A stretch of DNA of 64,000 bases from Fistulifera solaris (Eukaryota). The DNA is taken from assembly GCA_030295235.1 (NCBI GenBank), contig AP026130.1, positions 496,001 through 560,000 on the forward strand, in the 5' to 3' direction. Positions 50,323 to 59,697 of this stretch are shown one piece after another. Position numbers and translations under genes: made by a program. The notes beneath the pieces are model-generated. The model had not been told where the DNA came from. It saw nothing but the letters and a program-made list of their open reading frames with translations, and did no database searches. Positions within the stretch are counted from its first letter, which is position 1. Each line of letters opens with the position of its first letter.

Positions 50323-51536
50323 GGGCAACCACTCCATGCTGGTGGACCTTTTGGATTTTTATTGCTCGCGAGCGAAGCGAGCAATAGACAGACGCCGAAA
50401 GGCGTCTTTTCTCAATAAATTTTCGCATTTCGTCGCGTTCGCACAAAACTGCGTTTCTCAATAAATTCTTTCATCGCCATCGACAACAAACTAGCGTTTT
50501 TAATTGAATTTCGCGAAACTATAGCTCTTTTTCAGCTCAAAACTCTTTCGTATGGATATGCGGTTTATACATGAGCCGTTTCTTGACGATCCTTGAGGGT
50601 AAGAGTGTTGATTTGTCGATTTTTAGGTCTTGCCGGCGATCGGAAAATCACTATCGATGGACAAAACATTGCCGGCAAAAGCTCTCCGAACGCCGGGAAA
50701 CATATTGTCGCAATTTTATGACAATCTTCAAAAGCCTGTTGCTTCGCTCTCACCGTTCTCGCAAGAAAAGGCTTCTTTATCGTCTCATTCTTGCAATTCG
50801 ATTTTCGCATCAACATTTTCTTTCTCCTGGCGTCGAAGCACCAACTTCGCACGAGCATCGGAACCGCTTAAATTCGATTATGTATGTCTCCATAGTGAAA
50901 AATATTGAATATTAAGTATCTATTAGCAAAAGATCATCTATGTTTCCTCTGATAAATCATTGTCGGGACCAAACTAAGGATTGACTTTCTACGCGAAAAT
51001 CGCTTCATGCCTTGCGGAATCGACTTCAACTGCACGCTCGCCGGATTTAAGTTTCCATTCAGAGTTCTTAATTTTAAGACCAGAGATTTTGCGGAGGTTT
51101 AAGGCAAGCTACAGGCCGAGAAAAAAAAAATAAAGGGCAACCCGGCCAATTCCGAAAAGATACCGCCGCTGTCTTTCCATGAAGCTTTTTTGATCGCTGC
51201 GTACGCGGTTAAGACATGAACTACTATTGCTCTTCATTTGAATCCACAGAATATGAAAATCGCTGGTTTTTGCAACAATAGCTTGATCCAAAAAGTGACG
51301 ATGGATCCTCATTTTTGACCCGCCCGCCCGGATCGCGTACAGACGCTCTAAAAGTCGCTTTTGGATAACGCATTCTGATTGGTTGGAGCTTTTGGACTTT
51401 TTGGATGAAAGCCATCTGATTGGCTGCATCCAAAAAGTTTTTGGATGGCATGTCGCTTTGGTATGTCTGCTTCCTAAGTAAATCCAACGACGGACGGTCC
51501 AAAAAGGTCCACCAGCATGGAGTGGTTGCATGACCC
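50323..51536. mobile_element. Non-autonomous inverted-repeat element, copy 2 (1214 bp), head-to-tail with copy 1
   Basis: Near-identical to 49108-50322; duplicated ORF translations are offset by 1215 in the ORF track. Confidence 0.75.
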
Positions 51537-51661
51537 GATTTCTTTCCCCGCTGCCCGCGCAAAAGCCGCAGCTCAATTATTATTGTTTGCGATCGCTGCA
51601 TTACATTTTCTTTTGATCGAATTGCTAGTCCTCGACACAATTAAAGCGGGCACTCTGAAGG

Positions 51662-52498
51662 ATGGCGTCGAAAGCAATGGAGACCGAGAGCCCCGAGAAG
51701 CAAGATAAGCCTCCTACTGTATCAGAACACGCACCGAATTTGGCTGGTTCGGTGATAACAGCAGACGCTTTGGGTGACGAAAAAATCGGTAAGTTCGATA
51801 ACGGCTGCTCGTCATTCAAGAGTTTTGAAGTAATCTCACACTTTATTTCTCTGTGTTTGTATTTTAGTCATTCGCATTCAAAATATTGCTTCCACCGTCA
51901 ATCTTGGTGTTCGGCTGGATTTGAAGAAGATTGCCCTCAAATGCCGCAACACCGAATTCAACCCACGGCGCTTTGGTGCCGTCATTATGCGATTGCGAGA
52001 ACCCCGAGCCACCGCTCTCATTTTGCGACAGGGAAAATGGTAGTGACGGGCGTTCGATCGACCCACAATGCGGAATTAGCGAGCAAAAAGTTTGCGTACA
52101 TTATCGAGCGTGTGGGTTTCAAACCGACGGATACATTTGAATTCAAAGTACGCAATATCGTGGGTACGGCGGATGTTGGTTTCCCTATACGTTTGGAAGG
52201 GTTAGTTTATGCGCACTCGGCGTTTGCTTCCTACGAACCGGAGCTCTTTCCAGGCTTAATTTATCGATTGGTGGCACCCGAAAAAGTGGTTCTACTAATT
52301 TTTGTATCCGGAAAGATTGTGATCACCGGCGCAAAGAAAGAATCCGAAATATCCGCAGCCGTGACTAAGATATATCCTACTCTGTTGGAATTTCGAAAAG
52401 CACACGTCGCAGCTCCCTTGATTCCTCCCGAACCGCCTGCCGCACAAGCAGCAGCTCTGGCGGACGATGAAACGCTCAAACAAACGAGCACGTTATAG
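51662..52498 (+). CDS. TBP: TATA-box binding protein; intron 51789-51867, frameshift 52021-52024
   Basis: [18 protein letters not shown]...[43 protein letters not shown]...[13 protein letters not shown]...[14 protein letters not shown]. Confidence 0.95.
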   Translation: MASKAMETESPEKQDKPPTVSEHAPNLAGSVITADALGDEKIGKFDNGCSSFKSFEVISHFISLCLYFSHSHSKYCFHRQSWCSAGFEEDCPQMPQHRIQPTALWCRHYAIARTPSHRSHFATGKMVVTGVRSTHNAELASKKFAYIIERVGFKPTDTFEFKVRNIVGTADVGFPIRLEGLVYAHSAFASYEPELFPGLIYRLVAPEKVVLLIFVSGKIVITGAKKESEISAAVTKIYPTLLEFRKAHVAAPLIPPEPPAAQAAALADDETLKQTSTL

Positions 52499-52553
52499 AA
52501 AAAGGATAAAGTGAAAGTGTTCCTGAGTTAATAATCATTTTTTATTGATAAAG

Positions 52554-52850
52554 CTACTTCACATCAAATCCCTCTGCTCTTAAGCATTCTTTGTGCGCTT
52601 CGATTAGTTTTATGCAGTCGGGGTGCTCTTCTCCTTTTAATACAATGCATTCGTCTCGTGGTTTCTTTGTGTCGGGGCAGCAGCAACAAATCGGTTCTCC
52701 AGTTTTGATGCCGAGCTTTTGTTTCGGCTTATCCTAAAAAAGTGAACGTGAGTGCAAGAGTTGTTTCGAACGACGTCGAAAAATGGGCACGATAGGGCGT
52801 ATACGCACCACTGGTACTTCGACAGCAGGAACTGATGAGCCTTGTCCCAT
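52554..52850 (-). CDS. COX17: Mitochondrial copper chaperone COX17 (73 aa); exons 52850-52809 and 52733-52554
   Basis: Spliced [73 protein letters not shown], showing CC plus twin CX9C. Not in the ORF track. Confidence 0.92.
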
Positions 52851-52932
52851 TATTAATCTTAAAAAAGTGATTATCTTGAGTGAGGGTTGTAAAGAGATGC
52901 AATCGTGTCGACAACCTTACTGTTGCGTTTTT

Positions 52933-53109
52933 TTATGATGCCAATACGAACGAAACTGCCAAAAAGAGAAGGCACGCCAACACAGCGAGAAAAACGAGGC
53001 GAGAACCATAGGTGCCGCTAAGACATGAAGAGATTTCTTGAGCATTACTTTTGTCGATCCCGGTAGAACTACCTGGTAGTCTAGGTACAATCTCCTCATC
53101 TTTACTCAT
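52933..53109 (-). CDS. Possible small single-TM protein
   Basis: MSKDEEIVP...RLVFLAVLACLLF between the LRR gene and COX17; the 3' end is uncertain. Confidence 0.25.
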   Translation of the reverse strand: MSKDEEIVPRLPGSSTGIDKSNAQEISSCLSGTYGSRLVFLAVLACLLFLAVSFVLAS

Positions 53110-53155
53110 CGAATAAATCGATAAGGAATACTCCGTTATAATAATAATCTTCAGT

Positions 53156-54487
53156 TTATTGCTTCTTATCGCACTTATCTCGGGCAATATCCATATCTGG
53201 ACGTATCTGCCTAATTTGTGCTACGATCTCTTCGATCTCGGTCCCACTAGCGTTTCCACCAATGACAAGAGAGCGTAATCGTGAAGGACCTTCAGATTCT
53301 CTTTTCAAGATTGCTTTCAACAAGGATACAACCGCGTTGATGTCGGCATTGTTTCCAGCAAGATCCAAGTTTTCCAGTTGGGGAGCCACAGCGCTGTCTT
53401 GGATGAGCTCTGAGATTGCTAAGAATCCTTCCGAACCCAATTGGTTGTTGAATAAGCGCAAGGAAACTACCTTGCTTTGCGTCAAGACAGTGCAAGCACC
53501 TTGTATTCCGCAATGTGTCTCGCTCAAATCGAGAAATTGCAGAGAGTTGTTCGAGCACTTGGCAAGTCCTTGGTTGGCCAGCAAACAAACACCTTCCTCA
53601 GACAACGGGTTACTGGACAAGTCGAGCTTTTGAAGGTTACGCAATGTACCCAATTGTTCATTTTCTTCTTGCAGGCAAGCAATCAAACTGGGGATACCTT
53701 CGAAACTGATGTTGTTTCGCGAAAGATCTAACGACACGATAGCCGACGACCCGAACGATGATAAAACTTCCATTCCCTCATTTCCGATACTAGTGTTGGA
53801 GAGGTTGAGAGTACAAATATTCCCCATGAGTGGTTCCAGCGATCGTAACCCCCCTGGACCGAGTGGATTGTTCGAAAGAACCAGTGTGCGTTTTACGCGA
53901 GAGGGAGCGAGTTTTGCAAACAAATCGGAAGCAAATGAATGAGTGATTCCACAATCGGAGAGATCGAGTTCCTCTACTTTATCGAATAAAGACGAAGTCG
54001 TAATTTTTGTTGCGTCAAGCCCAAGGAGAGGGTTTCGAGACACATTCAAACTCTGGAGCGTCGGTGATACTCCCAGTGTCTCGAGAACCGACTGAAAGCC
54101 CGCTGTAGTCATGTTTTTGTAGCTCAAATCAATCGCTCTCAATCGGTGTTGCCGACCCAGCGCACGGCACAACGCCGAGACACCTTCATCTCCCATGGAA
54201 CGATCACCGATCGACAGAGAACCAAGGGGCGTCGAGATATTGGCGGCAATGGATTGCCCAAATTGTTGCAGCAATGTGACGGATACAACATGCCCCGATG
54301 CACTCAACGACGTCCAATGCGTGTTCGAGTTGCTGTCCAGGACGGCACAAAGACGATGAACTTCATCGGCACCAAACTGTTTGGTGGGCAGAATCACGAG
54401 ATCTTTGAGAGTCGGATCATTCTGTTCGATGCGTTGAATGAGAGAATCACAAGATCGGAAGGTCGACGATGCGCCCCAAGCTGGCAT
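53156..54487 (-). CDS. RNI-like leucine-rich repeat protein
   Basis: Repeated L..L.LS.N.(I/L)G.EG units; starts IEQNDPTLKDL. Confidence 0.85.
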   Translation of the reverse strand: MPAWGASSTFRSCDSLIQRIEQNDPTLKDLVILPTKQFGADEVHRLCAVLDSNSNTHWTSLSASGHVVSVTLLQQFGQSIAANISTPLGSLSIGDRSMGDEGVSALCRALGRQHRLRAIDLSYKNMTTAGFQSVLETLGVSPTLQSLNVSRNPLLGLDATKITTSSLFDKVEELDLSDCGITHSFASDLFAKLAPSRVKRTLVLSNNPLGPGGLRSLEPLMGNICTLNLSNTSIGNEGMEVLSSFGSSAIVSLDLSRNNISFEGIPSLIACLQEENEQLGTLRNLQKLDLSSNPLSEEGVCLLANQGLAKCSNNSLQFLDLSETHCGIQGACTVLTQSKVVSLRLFNNQLGSEGFLAISELIQDSAVAPQLENLDLAGNNADINAVVSLLKAILKRESEGPSRLRSLVIGGNASGTEIEEIVAQIRQIRPDMDIARDKCDKKQ

Positions 54488-54794
54488 TCTGGAAGGGTTC
54501 GATTTTGAATAGTATGAATGATGGTTCCTTGTATTTATATTCTTTTGTTATAAGCCTTTGGTCCGCGCTTTTCGCTTCTGCGAGAATTTTGTTGGAAGAT
54601 GTGAGACGACCGCGCGCTTTCGCGCGACACGGCTGTATCTTTTCGCGCCCTTTTTCTTTATTCCAAAAGGCGCAACTTCAAAGAAAATAAAGCCTCCATT
54701 TCCTACCGTACCGGTACCTTATACCATGTATTGAAAGCGGGAAAGGTCGTTTGCTCGATAAATTTAAACAAAAACGTCCGCATCTTAGAAGGAA

Positions 54795-55570
54795 ATGAAA
54801 TCCAGGTTGAGCGCACTTCTACTAGGGCTTTTCGTCGACACTTCCGTCAGTTTTGTGCCCCGGATAGATCCTCGACGGTCAGTGACATATTTAGAAAGCA
54901 ACGAGGATGCCATCCTCGAATGCAAAACGTTCGATACACAAGAGCTGTTGAAACAAAATCTCTTACGACTGGCCGCCTCGTATGACCGAGGTTTTGGGGC
55001 GAGCAATAAAGCTAGAGAAGAAGCCAATCAGATCATTCAAGACTTGGAACGCTGCAATACAGAACAACAAGCATCACGAGGTATGGATGGGACGGGCCGG
55101 TCACCACTGAGAGGGACTTGGCGAATGATTTGGACGACCGCATCGGATGTTTTGATTCTGGCGGCGTCGCCGGTGGCGGCTCCGGGTGCCATCTATCAGG
55201 TCTTTGAACCGCCTCTTGTCACCAACGTGATCGATTTTTTACCTCGCGTTCAAGCGATATTTCCTATCGGGCCTAGCACTGTACTACGAGCCAATGTACA
55301 AACTAGAGCGGCGATTCGACCTGAAAATTCCAATCGAGTGGGATTGGTGTTTGAAAAGGTGAACTTTCAGCCACTGCAGTTGTTCGGGCAATCCATCGAT
55401 GTGTTCCCTCCGCTGGGATTCGATTTACCCAAACTTCCTGGTACTAGTGACGCTTCCAGTGGACCGGGATATTTTGTTGTGACTTATTTGGATGCTGACT
55501 TGCTGATAATACGACAAAACGCACCGGGTGGTCTTTTGCACTGATCAAGGTAGATTCCACCGATGTCTAA
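54795..55570 (+). CDS. Plastid lipid-associated protein (PAP/fibrillin); frameshift 55534-55537
   Basis: LKQNLLRLAASYDRGFGA...I.DLE..N, LRGTWRMIWTT, YFVVTYLDADLLIIR..GGLFAL. Presequence ending SVS-F. Confidence 0.88.
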
Positions 55571-55637
55571 GGTGTGGGCCTCTGACGCTCTACAATTGTT
55601 GAGAGAACAATTGTTGATATTAATTGCTATGTACTAG

Positions 55638-56198
55638 TTAATCTTCTCGGGGATCTAAAATGAGTGCAGCAGCCACTTGTCGATCTTCGCCGTTCAAAAT
55701 ATTGAATGTGCCCATCGCGTTCGTTAAAGATACCTTCTCCACAAACGTATTCTGAGCCCGGAATCTTCTACGAATTCGTTCCATTTCCGCCGGTGGTATT
55801 TCTCCTTGATCTGCGCCGATAAATAGGTACTCCAACCGTGGTTGATGCAGCAAAGCCGGCGATAAGGATTCGAGCGTGATGTCCTCGGCGCGCGAAACAT
55901 TCCAGAAGAAGCATCCGAACGGAAACGCCATAATCGATCCGTTCATGTGCAAGGTTCCCGATTCGACAGAATCATTGGGGTCGACTTTCTTAATTACATT
56001 CAGTACATCGAATCCAGTGGGCGCGTGGCCTTCAAGCACAATTTTCGGTTTACTGCCGTGAGTCAAGCTGTCGTGTAGTAAATCATGACCTCGTGCCGTC
56101 CAATCGGAAAAAGGTCTTGAGCCACATACTGCCTTTACATGCAACCTAAAAAAATTTCGGGCGGCGAAGCCTCGGGACATGCAATGAGGTATTAACAT
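55638..56198 (-). CDS. NDUFAF3/Mth938 (DUF498) domain protein
   Basis: GSIMAFP...W.V....ITLESL....P.LEYLFIG...VEKVSLTNAMGTFNILNGEDRQVAAAL; mitochondrial-like N-terminus. Confidence 0.85.
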   Translation of the reverse strand: MLIPHCMSRGFAARNFFRLHVKAVCGSRPFSDWTARGHDLLHDSLTHGSKPKIVLEGHAPTGFDVLNVIKKVDPNDSVESGTLHMNGSIMAFPFGCFFWNVSRAEDITLESLSPALLHQPRLEYLFIGADQGEIPPAEMERIRRRFRAQNTFVEKVSLTNAMGTFNILNGEDRQVAAALILDPRED

Positions 56199-56747
56199 GC
56201 TTATTATTTGTCCTTTCAAGTTGTCGTAAATCGTTGCCCTGCGCGCGTTTTTTACTCGGCGGCGAAAAAACGATTACGGAGTATAAAGAGACGAGGAGAC
56301 GAAAAAATGAAATTAAATCCTCAGGGTTAAGCGTTAAACATCTTGGTCACGATTAAGTGGCGGTGCGATAGCCAATAAAATGTGCATGTTGAGAATAATT
56401 TATTTACAATTTGCCTTAGTGTCGCCTTTACACAACAGAATAATGTACAATTGACTCCAGAACTCAGAATGTAGAGAACTCCATCCTTTGGTTCAACGCG
56501 ATGACCCACGCCCACACAAACGACGGGCTTTATTCTGAGGTATCTTTAAACCTTACCTTATTCCGCCTATCTTTTTCTCGCTTATCGCCTTTGCGGCACA
56601 TCTTCCTCGCCGACTGAATAACGTATTCCATTCAAATCTCATAGACGCAATACGAACCCAATTTCACATCGTCTAATCGTGGAGATTAGTTTGGTCTACC
56701 TCTTATTCGGATCAAAATCTGTCGCCTTTCTCACTCAACAAGCTGCC

Positions 56748-57643
56748 ATGTCCGAGGAAAAACCCGAACCGCAAATTTTCGCGATCATGCGCAACGGCCA
56801 TGAGGTCATCCGAGGAGGCATGCTCGATATGAAGGAAGCCATCGACAACGATGACATTCAAACGGCAAAGGAGGTTTGGCAGAAGCTACACAAGTGGACC
56901 GAAATGCACAAACGCATGGAAGAAGGAAAAGAACCGGAACCAGAAGGCTGTGGATGCTTTCAGTGAGTACTTGCTCTCGTTTTTCATTTTCTTATTGGAC
57001 CCAAAACTCACTTTTCATCTTTTTTCATCATCCAGGTCTTTATGCGGAGGGTCAAAAGTAAAGGAGCCTTCACCATGTGGATTCTTCAAGTAAGTAATCA
57101 ATCTTTCGCTGCGTGTGACAGCTTAATGATGAACGTTACTAATGCGCTTTCCTCGACTCTTTTGGAACAAAAAGAGTTCTAGACGAAAAGAGAGATGGAA
57201 TTGTGACGAAGAATGGGTTGCACGGACTTCATGCTGAATTAGATAAGGTCGAGAAGGCCGTAGACGTAGCTTGCAAGAAATCAGATTTAAAAGCGCTTAA
57301 GGAAGCGTTCCCTAAGTTCCAAGAGATGAATGAAAGTCATTTGAAAAAGGAAGAAGATGTTATGATGCCGAATGTCATGGAAATGAAGAAAGCCGGTGAA
57401 CCGATGAAGAAGATCATGACTCAAGACATTCTTCCCCTCGTTTCGGAAACGCCGGACTACGAGTTTTTTGTCAAGTATGCCAATCTAGTGTTGGAAAAGC
57501 ACCATGGAGGATTACCGCGCGCTCGGGTGTTCGACCATGCACTCTGGGCTGCATCCACACCGGAGGAATGGAAGAAAGTGGATGGGTGGATTAAAGAGAC
57601 GTTACAGGAGTCAACTTACAAGCAGCTCCAAGCCGTGCTGTAA
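56748..57643 (+). CDS. Hemerythrin-like (HHE) domain protein; exons 56748-56962, 57036-57089, 57175-57643
   Basis: MRNGHEVIR, HKRMEE, LHAEL and HLKKEEDVMMP give the H...HxxxE...H...HxxxE spacing. Confidence 0.7.
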
Positions 57644-58374
57644 TCATCGATGTAGCAGCAATCTCGTCAGATATTGAGCTTTACCAAGAACATCGTGAGT
57701 CGGTAGCGATAAAATTAGAAATGGATTAGGGTCTCTCGTCGTCTCGCATCTCTAGAGGGCAATTTGTGAAGATGTCACATAGGTATCCATCCGACATTTT
57801 CCGCTCTGGAACGACGAACAAACGACCTGCTTTTACTAGGTACCGGTACGATACATTCGTTCGCTGCACACGGGACCTCTGTCCTCATCTCGGACAGCCA
57901 AAAAGATGAAAAACGTGCGTGTGTGATTTGATTATGAATGTTGATGGCAATCAAACCAATCAGAATCAATACTTTCAAAAAGAACTCGTCTTGCTTCAAG
58001 GCTGAATCCCCGTCATTCACACATTTTGTCCAAGACACGTTGCGCGGGAAGTTCAAGGGCGACTAGCGATTACCATCCGAATTGTGTACAGAATGAGCCC
58101 GATGCAGGAAAGTCAAAAGTCGAGTCATTTCTCGTCAATTGAACGTGTCGCGTTATCGCGTTATCGTGTCTCTCGCAAGTCCAAAGAATTTCGGTACAGT
58201 CATTCCTATAGTTCCTATCCAAGTAATATGTTTCGGGAGCAACAGCCAGGCCATATGGGAATAATCATCGTTGGCTTTCATTTCATTTTTCGCTCACCAA
58301 CATCAAAAGCTTTCTCATTATTTCTCATCCTTTCGCAAAAGCACAACCACTTTTAAATCATCAACATTGTAAGC

Positions 58375-59079
58375 ATGGTTGCTTTGATGAACAACATTTT
58401 CAATCAAATCAAAAGCGAGTGCGAGTGCGAGCCTGACGAGCAACTCTCCTCGGTAGACAACAAGACGCCTGGTCGCGCTCGAATCGATAACAGCGACACG
58501 GATTGCCACAGTCATGCTATTCCTGTTGAGGTACAAAGCAGCACCCATGAAATTGGCGAAACAGAGGCACAGGAAGAAGCATCACATGCTGCCGACGAGC
58601 ATTATCAAGACACGCAGAGCTCGCTACCCGAATTCGAATACCTCACCAACGACGGCTTTTTTGATCACAATGAACCACTACCAAAAGACACCAACGAGGA
58701 GGCAAATGATAATGACAACCCGGTAGCCGTTTTGTACAAGAAAAAGATATTCAACTCATCGTTCATCTGCGCGAAGCGCGTCGCGAAATTGACCCCGAGC
58801 GATCGAACGCGCCTCCGTGCACTGGTCAAATTGAAAGCCGATGATCTGCCAAAGGCCATGTTGCATGTGAACATCCCGCCGTTCCCGACGGCGGCCGAAA
58901 TGGCGGAGAAAATAGCGATGAAGTCGACCCGCAAACGTTCTTCCGATCCTGTGTCGCGATCCAAACGACCACGGAGAGGATCTTCTTTACCGAGTAGTTC
59001 GACACAGTATAATCAAAAGATAGCCCCAAAGGCCTCGCGGACGGAAGAACCGATCCCCGCTACAACCATGAGCAGCTAA
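58375..59079 (+). CDS. Hypothetical protein
   Basis: 234-aa ATG ORF with an acidic N-half and a basic C-half; no recognised motif. Confidence 0.5.
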   Translation: MVALMNNIFNQIKSECECEPDEQLSSVDNKTPGRARIDNSDTDCHSHAIPVEVQSSTHEIGETEAQEEASHAADEHYQDTQSSLPEFEYLTNDGFFDHNEPLPKDTNEEANDNDNPVAVLYKKKIFNSSFICAKRVAKLTPSDRTRLRALVKLKADDLPKAMLHVNIPPFPTAAEMAEKIAMKSTRKRSSDPVSRSKRPRRGSSLPSSSTQYNQKIAPKASRTEEPIPATTMSS

Positions 59080-59697
59080 AAGAGTCCGGCCTGTGAATTC
59101 TGACGAAACGCCGTGCTTTGCGGTACGCCCTGGGTTTATTATGAGATGAAACATTGCCGCTAGCGTGTACGCTACTTTAAAAGTTTTAACATATATAGTA
59201 CAAATTTGATGCATGACAACTCTGCAAGAGATCGCCGCCATGGTTAAAGTCGATAAGCGCGAGACGAGAGGCTGCGCGGCCGTCGTCTTCATCGTTCATC
59301 GTTCATCGTCGCTTTCCGCTGTGCATTATTTTTCCTTCTGCTTTCTCAAAACAAGAAAGTGTCGTATCAATATTTAATGTGTACAAGCAAGTTTATAGTC
59401 ATCTCAAGTCGGTAATACATTGCTGCTGTTTTATGTACAAGCCTAAGTACCGGATAGAAAACTAGCCGGTGTAACACTTCGTCACGCAAAAAAATGAGTT
59501 CGAAATTCTTTAACGAAGCAAAGAGTATCACACTCCACCGTGGAAAGGAAGTCCAAGAATCAAAAGAAGTTAACGAAAAACAGCGGAAAGAAAGCTTTAC
59601 TTGAAGTATTCATTAGCACTGCATCCCTTTTGGTAAAAAATATTCCTCTTCGCTTCTTTATTTCGTCCGAGTGCCCTCCACAAGCTAGCCGCGGCCC

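Noticed and set aside
49108..51536. LTR pair or CRISPR-like array
   Set aside because: No TG...CA ends, internal region or primer-binding site, and no short repeat-spacer periodicity
49350..51640. Short ORFs inside the duplicated element as a transposase or cargo gene
   Set aside because: All are under 160 aa, overlap on both strands, change with homopolymer differences between copies, and show no DDE, HUH or tyrosine recombinase motif
52015..52030. Programmed ribosomal frameshifting or pseudogenisation of TBP and other genes
   Set aside because: Shifts go in both directions, lack a common slippery heptamer and come without nonsense codons; sequencing error explains them more simply
54485..54510. 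GGTTCGA as a tRNA T-loop
   Set aside because: No cloverleaf or A-box in the surrounding sequence
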